From the NCBI RefSeq assembly GCF_032444005.1, contig NC_091286.1, forward strand, positions 709,094,001 through 709,158,000: a stretch of DNA of 64,000 nt, written 5' to 3'. This stretch comes from Ranitomeya imitator. Lineage: Eukaryota. Numbering within the stretch: position 1 is the first letter of the stretch; each line of letters starts with the position of its first letter. Positions 24,601 to 36,600 of this stretch are shown here, one piece after another. The notes under the pieces are model-generated. The model did no database searches. It was not told where the DNA came from and saw only the letters and a program-made list of their open reading frames with translations. The translations under genes were made by a program, and so were the position numbers.

Positions 24601-27600
24601 GCGACCGACACCTCCGACTAATAGTATAATACTACACCCTAAACAAGTCACCATCTACTACTATAACCTACACACCCTCACAGCTGAGCACAGCGTGGTA
24701 CACAGCGACCGACACCTCCGACTAATAGTATAATACTACACCCTAAACAAGTCACCATCTACTACTATAACCTACACACCCTCACAGCTGAGTACAGCGT
24801 GGTACACCACGACTGACACCCCCGACTGTAATAGTATAATACTACACCCTACAGAAGTCACCATCTTCTACTATAACATATACACCCTCACAGCTGAGCA
24901 CAGCGACTGACACCTCCGACTGTAATAGTATAATACTACACCCAGCACAGGTCACCATCTACTACTATAACCTACACACCCTCACAGCTGAGTACAGCGT
25001 GGTACACCACGACTGTAATAGTATAATACTACACCCAGCACAGGTCACCATCTGCCACAATAACCTACACACCCACACAGCTGAGCACAGGGTGGTACAC
25101 AGCGACTGACACCCCGGACTGTAATAGTATAATACTACACCCAGCACAGGTCACCATCTACTATAACCTACACACCCTCACAGCTGAGCACAGCGTGGTA
25201 CACAGCGACCGACACCTCCGACTGTAATAGTATAATACTACACCCAGCACAGGTCACCATCTACTATAACCTACACACCCTCACAGCTGAGCACAGCGTG
25301 GTACACAGCGACTGACACCCCGGACTGTAATAGTATAATACTACACCCAGCACAGGTCACCATCTTCTACTATAACACACACCCTCACAGCTGAGCACAG
25401 CGTGGTACACAGCGACCGACACCTCCGACTGTAATAGTATAATACTACACCCAGCACAGGTCACCATCTACTACCATAACCTACACACCCTCACAGCTGA
25501 GCACAGGGTGGTACACAGCGACCGACACCTCCGACTGTAATAGTATAATACTACACCCAGCACAGGTCACCATCTTCTACTATAACACACACCCTCACAG
25601 CTGAGCACAGCGTGGTACACAGCGACCGACACCTCCAACTGTAATAGTATAATACTACACCCAGCACAGGTCATCATCTTCTACTATAACACACACCCTC
25701 ACAGCTGAGCACAGGGTGGTACACAGCGACCGACACCTCCGACTGTAATAGTATAATACTACACCCAGCACAGGTCACCATCTGCCACAATAACCTACAC
25801 ACCCACACAGCTGAGCACAGGGTGGTACACAGCGACCGACACCTCCGACTAATAGTATAATACTACACCCTAAACAAGTCACCATCTACTACTATAACAT
25901 ATACACCCTCACAGCTGAGCACAGCGACTGACACCTCCGACTGTAATAGTATAATACTACACCCAGCACAGGTCACCATCTACTACTATAACCTACACAC
26001 CCTCACAGCTGAGTACAGCGTGGTACACCACGACTGTAATAGTATAATACTACACCCAGCACAGGTCACCATCTGCCACAATAACCTACAAACCCACACA
26101 GCTGAGCACAGGGTGGTACACAGCGACCGACACCTCCGACTGTAATAGTATAATACTACACCCAGCACAGGTCACCATCTACTATAACCTACACACCCTC
26201 ACAGCTGAGCACAGCGTGGTACACAGCGACCGACACCTCCGACTGTAATAGTATAATACTACACCCAGCACAGGTCACCATCTACTACTATAACCTACAC
26301 ACCCTCACAGCTGAGCACAGCGTGGTACACAACGACTGACACCCCCGACTGTAATAGTATAATACTACACCCAGCACAGGTCACCATCTACTACCATAAC
26401 CTACACACCCTCACAGCTGAGCACAGCGTGGTACACAGCGACTGACACCTCCAACTGTAATAGTATAATACTACACCCAGCACAGGTCACCATCTACTAC
26501 TATAACACACACCCTCACAGCTGAGCACAGGGTGGTACACAACGACTGACACCCCCGACTGTAATAGTATAATACTACACCCAGCACAGGTCACCATCTT
26601 CTACTATAACCTACACACCCTCACAGCTGAGCACAGCGTGGTACACAACGACTGACACCCCCGACTGTAATAGTATACTACTACACCCAGCACAGGTCAC
26701 CATCTACTACTATAACCTACACACCCTCACAGCTGAGCACAGCGTGGTACACAACGACTGACACCTCCGACTGTAATAGTATAATACTACACCCAGCACA
26801 GGTCACCATCTTCTACTATAACCTACACACCCTCACAGCTGAGCACAGCGTGGTACACAGCGACCGACACCTCCGACTGTAATAGTATACTACACCCAGC
26901 ACAGGTCACCATCTACTACTATAACCTACACACCCTCACAGCTGAGCACAGCGTGGTACACAACGACTGACACCTCCGACTGTAATAGTATAATACTACA
27001 CCCAGCACAGGTCACCATCTACTACTATAACCTACACACCCTCACAGCTGAGCACAGCGTGGTACACAGCGACTGACACCTCCGACTGTAATAGTATAAT
27101 ACTACACCCAGCACAGGTCACCATCTTCTACTATAACACACACCCTCACAGCTGAGCACAGCGTGGTACACAGCGACCGACACCTCCGACTGTAATAGTA
27201 TAATACTACACCCAGCACAGGTCACCATCTTCTACTATAACACACACCCTCACAGCTGAGCACAGCGTGGTACACAGCGACTGACACCTCCGACTGTAAT
27301 AGTATAATACTACACCCAGCACAGGTCACCATCTTCTACTATAACACACACCCTCACAGCTGAGCACAGCGTGGTACACAGCGACCGACACCTCCGACTG
27401 TAATAGTATAATACTACACCCAGCACAGGTCACCATCTTCTACTATAACATATACACCCTCACAGCTGAGCACAACGACTGACACCCCCGACTGTAATAG
27501 TATAATACTACACCCAGCACAGGTCACCATCTACTACCATAACCTACACACCCTCACAGCTGAGCACAGCGTGGTACACAACGACTGACACCCCCGACTG

Positions 27601-30600
27601 TAATAGTATAATACTACACCCAGCACAGGTCACCATCTTCTACTATAACACACACCCTCACAGCTGAGCACAGCGTGGTACACAGCGACCGACACCTCCG
27701 ACTAATAGTATAATACTACACCCAGCACAGGTCACCATCTTCTACTATAACCTACACACCCTCACAGCTGAGCACAGCGTGGTACACAGCGACTGACACC
27801 CCCGACTGTAATAGTATAATACTACACCCAGCACAGGTCACCATCTACTACCATAACCTACACACCCTCACAGCTGAGCACAGCGTGGTACACAACGACT
27901 GACACCTCCGACTGTAATAGTATAATACTACACCCAAAACCAAAACGAAAAAAAGATGATCAGGAGGTCACTGGGCAATTCTTATGGTTGCTCTACAGAT
28001 GGAGATTTCTATAGACAGGCGGAGGATCTTGACGAACGCCTGCGGGAGCGAGGATTCAGTAATCGTATGATCAATAAGGCATATAACCGTGCCAGATATT
28101 CTTCCAGAAACGGTTTACTACACGCCAATCGAAAGACTGTAATGACGGGAGATTCGTCACTAACTTCCACTCACACTTTCCTAAGATGAGGAAGATCCTT
28201 GATAGATCCCGGCATATTTTGAAGGCCGATCCGGTCATTACTAGATTTATCCCTGAAAGGGTCATTACAGCTAGGAGGTCGAGTAACCTGCGGGATCGAG
28301 TGGTCCATCGCCATTACACGGGAGACACATATCATTTCTGCAGATCTGCATTTATATACTGCCCGGGTGTTCCTATATCCCATCCGTATATTACATGTAA
28401 GATATATTAGGCTGTCTCCACCTAACTTTTCCTCGTATATGTTGTAAATCATATCTCCATGTATGGCTAATGTTTTTATACTCCTATTGGGTATTGATCG
28501 TGTATAGCGATGAAGTTGTTATCCCTACCCTGCACGCTCCCGCCGCCTTGTCGCCGCTGCCCATTGTCGGCGTCTCTACACGCGGGTCTAGTCTCGTGAC
28601 TTCTCCTCCTTGTGATGCCGGCGCTGGCTGTTGCCTCGGCGGTGCGTCACTTCCAGGCCGGGAGCGCAACTTCCGGTGACGCGAGTCACTGAGCGCCTAT
28701 GCAGTGCTATTTAAGACGGGCTGGGAGCAGTCTCGTCAGGTCCCTTGAGAAAGGAAAGGTCCGAAACGCGCGTCGGGGTGGATGCGCTTCCCTGCACTTC
28801 AGCTTTACCCCTGTATCTCTGCCACTGACAGGTAAATATTGGTGACCGGTTTACATGGTCCTTGTTGGACACGGTCTCTCCCATTTGGAGGACTCTGTGG
28901 TGGTGTTACTTTAATATATAGAGAGATAGACATAGGGGCATGGTGACCGGATGATATTTTACTATGTGGCTGCGACTGGTAGCGGTTTATTAAAGGGACT
29001 ACCCTATGGTTATATCACCTAGTTAAGCTGCTGTTCCAGGCGATGGCGTCGCTTACCATGTATTACACTAAGTGAATGTGTCGCTCTATTTCACCTTCTT
29101 CCCCAATTTGGTGCTATGTAATTGTAATATTTTGTTAATAAAATGTATATGCATCTTTTTTCTGACCTTTTGATCATCTTTTTTTTGTTTTGGTTTTGTA
29201 TGACATGTGATGATAGGTCTGGTAATCCAGCGGACACATGGAATGGGTTAATATGTGGCGAATAATTATGATTGTGTGTCTGTGTCATTTTTGCTTTATA
29301 TGGTGATACTACACCATCTGCCACAATAACCAATAAACCATACGTGGACGTATACAGGGACGTGGAGGGGCGCCACCCTATTCGGAGCCCATCTATTGGG
29401 CACAGTGGATGCGTGCAGCGAGAGGTGGCTATGGCTGGGGAGGACTTGGCACATTCAGTGCTTGTAACCATGTCCCCTGGCAGATTACTGCCGATCCTGT
29501 GACCTCATCCGATGATGACAACACGCCTGACAATAAAGAGTTGTCAGAGTCAGCACCGAGGCCCCACTCACCTGAGTGCAGACAGGATCTGCGTGCACCA
29601 TCTCTTCCAGGCCTGTGGACATAAGTACAATCATCAGACATGGCGGACGGAGCAGCAGGGTGCGCCATCACACCACAGGGCTCATCCTCACCTTCTCATT
29701 CATCGTCTTATGGTTTTTCTTTGTCTTTTTCAGAAATTGTTTGAGGCTCCCGGACGACATGTATTCTGTGATGAAAATCACCTGTCCGGATAAGAGGCGT
29801 GAAAATGGTTGTCAGCAAAGATAACGGGGTTGTCAGGAGTCCAGGGACCTGTAATACGGCTGCAGGACGGGCACAGGGATACGTGAGGGTGGTACATAAC
29901 AGCGACACCTATGGACAGCGCCCCAGAGAGACACATGGTGCCAATGCGTGCACCATGGAGGTAAACTCACTATACAAGCCAGCAGAGGGGACAGCAGTGA
30001 GGAGCAGCAGTGGGGGGCAGCAGTGAGGAGCAGCAGTGGGGGGCAGCAGTGAGGAGCAGCAGTGGGGGGGCAGCAGTGAGGAGCAGCAGTGGGGGGGCAG
30101 CAGTGAGGAGCAGCAGTGGGGGGGCAGCAGTGAGGAGCAGCAGTGGGGGGGCAGCAGTGAGGAGCAGCAGTGGGGGGGCAGCAGTGAGGAGCGGCAGCAG
30201 TGAGGAAGCAGCAGTGAGGAGCAGCAGTGGGGGGGCAGCAGTGGGGGGGCAGCAGTGAGGAGCGGCAGCAGTGAGGAAGCAGCAGTGAGGAGCGGCAGCA
30301 GTGAGGAAGCAGCAGTGAGGAGCGGCAGCAGTGAGGGAGCAGCAGTGAGGGAGCAGCAGTGAGGGAGCAGCAGTGAGGAGCAGCAGTGAGGGAGCAGCAG
30401 TGAGGGAGCAGCAGTGAGGGAGCAGCAGTGAGGGAGCAGCAGTGAGGGAGCAGCAGTGGGGAAGCAGCAGTGAGGAGCAGCAGTGAGGAGCGGCAGCAGT
30501 GAGGGAGCAGCAGTGAGGAGCGGCAGCAGTGAGGAGCGGCAGCAGTGAGGAGCAGCAGTGAGGGAGCAGCAGTGAGGGAGCAGCAGTGAGGGAGCAGCAG

Positions 30601-33600
30601 TGAGGGAGCAGCAGTGAGGGAGCAGCAGTGAGGGAGCAGCAGTGAGGGAGCAGCAGTGAGGAGCGGCAGCAGTGAGGGAGCAGCAGTGAGGGAGCAGCAG
30701 TGAGGAGCGGCAGCAGTGAGGGAGCAGCAGTGAGGAGCGGCAGCAGTGAGGAGCAGCAGTGAGGGAGCAGCAGTGAGGGCGCAGCAGTGAGGGAGCAGCA
30801 GTGAGGGAGCAGCAGTGAGGGAGCAGCAGTGAGGGAGCAGCAGTGAGGGAGCAGCAGTGAGGGAGCAGCAGTGGGGGGGCAGCAGTGAGGGAGCAGCAGT
30901 GAGGGAGCAGCAGTGAGGGAGCAGCAGTGAGGGAGCAGCAGTGAGGAGCAGCAGCGGGGGGGCAGCAGTGAGGAGCAGCAGCGGGGGGCAGCAGTGAGGA
31001 GCAGCAGCGGGGGGGCAGCAGTGAGGAGCAGCAGCGGGGGGGCAGCAGTGAGGAGCAGCAGCGGGGGGGCAGCAGTGAGGAGCAGCAGCGGGGGGGCAGC
31101 AGTGAGGAGCAGCAGCGGGGAAGCAGCAGTGAAGAGCAGCAGTGGGGAAGCAGCAGTGAGGAGCAGCAGTGGGGGGGCAGCAGTGAGGAGCAGCAGTGGG
31201 GGGGCAGCAGTGAGGAGCAGCAGTGGGGGGCAGCAGTGAGGAGCAGAAGTGGGGGGGCAGCAGTGAGGAGGAGCAGCAGTGGGGGGGCAGCAGTGAGGAG
31301 CAGCAGTGGGGGGCAGCAGTGAGGAGCAGCAGTGGGGGGCAGCAGTGAGGAGCAGCAGTGGGGGGCAGCAGTGAGGAGCAGCAGTGGGGGGGCAGCAGTG
31401 AGGAGCAGCAGTGGGGGGCAGCAGTGAGGAGCAGCAGTGGGGGGCAGCAGTGAGGAGCAGCAGTGGGGGGCAGCAGTGAGGAGCAGCAGTGGGGGGCAGC
31501 AGTGAGGAGCAGCAGTGGGGGGCAGCAGTGAGGAGCAGCAGTGGGGGGCAGCAGTGAGGAGCAGCAGTGGGGGGGCAGCAGTGCAGATATTCATTATAGG
31601 GTAACAACCTTAAACGTTTTTTTTCCATGAAGATTAATTTCCTGCAGATTGGTGGGGTCCAAGTCCAGTAACAGCCACCGATTGCTTAGCAGCCCCCCTC
31701 CCACCCCCCTGAAAAGCACACAGGTCCTGTCTGAGTGCACACATACAGCGAGGTACGGATTCAATAGAAAGCATAACCTTCGCAGTTATCGAGCATTTGG
31801 TGGAAATCTCAGGACCCGGACCACCACGGATCTGCAGGCAACAAATTCAAAATGAAGTTACTCTGCAAATCAAGCTTCGGCTGAGGAGCTGACGGCACAT
31901 GGTGACCTGTGTGTACAGTGTACATAGGGCGACCCACATTCACACACATCGGGAGACACGCGGACAGATGGCAGGGACTCACCCTCGCTCTGTTCTCCTT
32001 CACGTCCGCCCAATACTTGTGGAACTTGACAATGTTGAGATGTTCCAACTGGATGAGATTATCAAACACGGCCTTCACCTTTTCCTGGAAGAGACGTCAC
32101 CAGAGAACACGTCAACCAACCTGAGCCACCCCAACATTACCAGGACCACCTCACCAGAGACACCCACATTATTACTTATACTTATGGTCTGGCTCCTTAT
32201 GTATGGCTCTAAGTATACAGCAGAAATATTCCCAGAAATGAACCACTTTTATTAAATGTACTAAATTCCTTTCTCTTCCTCTCACCATGCTGACTTACGC
32301 TTAACAGTTTTGGCTCCATTACTCCTCACTCTCCTTTAATATCCGCATACCCCAGCACCCTTTAACCAAATAATAATCTCTTCTGCCCTCTTGCCTCCCC
32401 CCCCCCCACCTGACCTCCTCCTCATCACATCTCTCCTACATAAAACAAGCTGGCCACTGTCTCTGCTTCTCCTCACCGCTGGCGACATACCTCCCATTAT
32501 TTCCCCCTCCTATCGCTCCAAACCCAATATCAACACCCGAAATCTCGCCCACTTCAAATCCGTGCCCCCAACGCCCACCACCCTGCTCCCTCTCTCTGGA
32601 TCACTCTGGAATGCCCGCTCCAACTGCAAATAAACTCCATTATGATTCACGACCTCTTAATATTTCCTTCTTGGGCCTCAGCGAAACATGTCTGACACCG
32701 CCTCCCCTGCTGCACTATGTTATGGCAGCCTCTACTTCACCCACACTCCTCGCCCTGGCAACAGACATGGTGGAGGAGTGGGCCTTATTTCTTCCAACTG
32801 TACCTTTAACCCAATCCCACCTCTACCCTCTCTTATCCTCCCCTCTTTTGAAGTCCACACTGTCCGCTTCTACTCTCCCTCCAACCTCCTAGTGGCCGTC
32901 ATATACCGACCTCCGGGCCCGACCACTGCCTATATTGACCACTTCTCCACCTGGTTTCTTCTCTTTCTCTCTGCTGACACTCCCACCATCATCATGGGTG
33001 ACTTCAACATCCCCACTGATACCCACAAGTCTGCAGCCTCAAAACTCCTGTCGCTCACTTTATCTTTTGTACTTACTCAGTGGTCCTCCTCAGCCACCCA
33101 CACAGATGGACATACATTAGACCTGGTCTTCACGGGTTTCTGCTCTCTCTGTCACTTCACCACCTCCGCTCTCCCTCTATCGGACCACCATCTACTCGCG
33201 TTCTCATCCCTGTCCCCCTCACCTGTCACCCATGTCCACCAACTTCCCGCACCCCCGCAGAAACCTCGCACATCTAGACACTTGCTCAATATCTGACTAC
33301 CAGGACCACCCCACCAGAGACACCCCATCATTACCAGGACCCCCACCAGAGACATCCCATCATTACCAGGACCCCCACCAGAGACATCCCATCATTACCA
33401 GGACCACCCCACCAGAGACCCCGTACCCACCTCCTGCAGCTTGAAGTTCTTCCTTTCAGAGAACTGCACCTCGTTCCAGACCACCTCCACCCCTTCTTCG
33501 GTGTCCATGGCGAGATAGGCGCTGTCGATGCCTGGCACATTTCGCTGGTTCACCTGCAGGGGGCGACACCATTCACACTGTTCAGTTCCTGCCATATGTG

Positions 33601-36600
33601 AAAGGATCTTACTACAGTCAGCAGCTACTGCCAGAGGGGCGTCCGGCCCCCCAGGGAAGGCGGAGGAAATAGCGTACATCGATGGTGGTACCGTGTGATT
33701 GGAGGAGGACGCCGCTGGCAGATGTGCGAGGTGTCCTATAGTTCTCCACCGGTGGCCAAATACAGAGACGCTCCACAAGAGAGGGGTCACGAGCCTCTGC
33801 GGGACATCAGGGGCGTCCGGCCCCCCAGGGAAGGTGGAAGAAATAGCGTACATCGATGGTGGTACCGTGTGATTGGAGGACGCCACCGCTGGCAGATGTG
33901 CGAGGTGTCCTACTGCCCCACAGAAACGCTCCACAAGAGGGGTCCCGAGCCTCTGCGGGACATCAGGGGCGTCCGGCCCCCCAGGGAAGGTGGAGGAAAC
34001 AGCATACATCGATGGTGGTACCGTGTGATTGGAGGACGCCACCGCTGGCAGATGTGTGAGGTGTCCTACTGCCCCACAGTTCTCCACCGGTGCCAGATAC
34101 AGAAACGCTCCACAAGAGAGGGGTCCCGAGCCTCTGCGGGACATCAGGGGCGTCCGGCCCCCCAGGGAAGGCGGAGGAAATAGCGTACATCGATGGCGGT
34201 ACCGTGTGATTGGAGGACGCCACCGCTGGCAGATGTGCGAGGTGTCCTACTGCCCCACAGAAACGCTCCACAAGAGGGGTCCCGAGCCTCTGCGGGACAT
34301 CAGGGGCGTCCGGCCCCCCAGGGAAGGTGGAGGAAACAGCATACATCGATGGTGGTACCGTGTGATTGGAGGACGCCACCGCTGGCAGATGTGTGAGGTG
34401 TCCTACTGCCCCACAGTTCTCCACCGGTGCCAGATACAGAAACGCTCCACAAGAGAGGGGTCCCGAGCCTCTGCGGGACATCAGGGGCGTCCGGCCCCCC
34501 AGGGAAGGTGGAGGAAATAGCGTACATCGATGGCGGTACCGTGTGATTGGAGGACGCCACCGCTGGCAGATGTGCGAGGTGTCCTACTGCCCCACAGTTC
34601 TCCACCGGTGCCAGATACAGAAACGCTCCACAAGAGAGGGGTCCCGAGCCTCTGCGGGACATCAGGGGCGTCCGGCCCCCCAGGGAAGGTGGAGGAAATA
34701 GCGTACATCGATGGTGGTACCGTGTGATTGGAGGAGGACGCCACTGGCAGATGTGCGAGGTGTCCTACTGCCCCACAGTTCTCCACCGGTGCCAGATACA
34801 GAGACGCTCCACAAGAGAGGGGTCCCGAGCCTCTGCAGGAGTAATCAGAGGGGGGTTCTGGATAACATGGAAGGGAAAACATAAAATAATGATGGTGCAA
34901 GGAGTAGAAGGTTCAGCCGCCTCAGACACCGAGCCGCTGCAATACCGGGCCATGAACAGGAGGGGCGCTGTGTCCACAGATAACAGCGTCCATAAAGTAA
35001 TGATAAAGAAGCGCTGCAGCAGCCCACCGACACCTACGGGGTATAGCCTCCGGCACACAGACGTCAACGGGATGGAGAAGCGGCTGCAGGACAGCAGCAC
35101 AGAGGACAGAAAACTGAGCATCAGAAGCAGAGAAACGGCCGAGGAGGGAGACGGCCGCTGCTGAGTCAGGAGGAGGCAGCAGCCAGGAGGGCTAGGGAGG
35201 AGGAGGCCACCGCAGCCAGGAGGAGGAGGCTGCAGCCAGGAGGGCTAGGGAGGAGGCTGCCACCGCAGGCAGGAGGGCTAGGGAGGAGGGGGAGGCCACC
35301 GCAGGCAGGAGGGCTAGGGAGGAGGGGTAGGCCACCGCAGGCAGGAGGGCTAGGGAGGAGGGGTAGGCCACCGCAGGCAGGAGGGCTAGGGAGGAGGGGG
35401 AGGCCACCGCAGGCAGGAGGGCTAGGGAGGAGGGGTAGGCCACCGCAGGCAGGAGGGCTAGGGAGGAGGGGGAGGCCACCGCAGGCAGGAGGGCTAGGGA
35501 GGAGGGGGAGGCCACCGCAGGCAGGAGGGCTAGGGAGGAGGGGGAGGCCACCGCAGCCAGGAGGGCTAGGGAGGAGGGGGAGGCCACCGCAGCCAGGAGG
35601 GCTAGGGAGGAGGGGGAGGCCACCGCAGGCAGGAGGGCTAGGGAGGAGGGGGAGGCCACCGCAGGCAGGAGGGCTAGGGAGGAGGGGGAGGCCACCGCAG
35701 GCAGGAGGGCTAGGGAGGAGGGGGAGGCCACCGCAGCCAGGAGGGCTAGGGAGGAGGGGGAGGCCACCGCAGCCAGGAGGGCTAGGGAGGAGGGGGAGGC
35801 CACCGCAGCCAGGCACACGGGCAGCGCCGGCGGGGACGACGGCACACGGGCAGCGCCGGCGGGGACGACGGCACACGGGCAGCGCCGGCGGGGACGACGG
35901 CACACGGGCAGCGCCGGCGGGGACGACGGCACACGGGCAGCGCCGGCGGGGACGACGGCACACGGGCAGCGCCGGCGGGGACGACGGCACACGGGCAGCG
36001 CCGGCGGGGACGACGGCACACGGGCAGCGCCGGCGGGGACGACGGCACACGGGCAGCGCCGGCGGGGACGACGGCACACGGGCAGCGCCGGCGGGGACGA
36101 CGGCACACGGGCAGCGCCGGCGGGGACGACGGCACACGGGCAGCGCCGGCGGGGACGACGGCACACGGGCAGCGCCGGCGGGGACGACGGCACACGGGCA
36201 GCGCCGGCGGGGACGACGGCACACGGGCAGCGCCGGCGGGGACGACGGCACACGGGCAGCGCCGGCGGGGACGACGGCACACGGGCAGCGCCGGCGGGGA
36301 CGACGGCACACGGGCAGCGCCGGCGGGGACGACGGCACACGGGCAGCGCCGGCGGGGACGACGGCACACGGGCAGCGCCGGCGGGGACGACGGCACACGG
36401 GCAGCGCCGGCGGGGACGACGGCACACGGGCAGCGCCGGCGGGGACGACGGCACACGGGCAGCGCCGGCGGGGACGACGGCACACGGGCAGCGCCGGCGG
36501 GGACGACGGCACACGGGCAGCGCCGGCGGGGACGACGGCACACGGGCAGCGCCGGCGGGGACGACGGCACACGGGCAGCGCCGGCGGGGACGACGGCACA

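Noticed and set aside
24150-27935. CRISPR-like regular array
   Set aside because: There are no unique spacers, the units are contiguous near-identical copies, and the context is a eukaryotic intron. The same applies to all other arrays.
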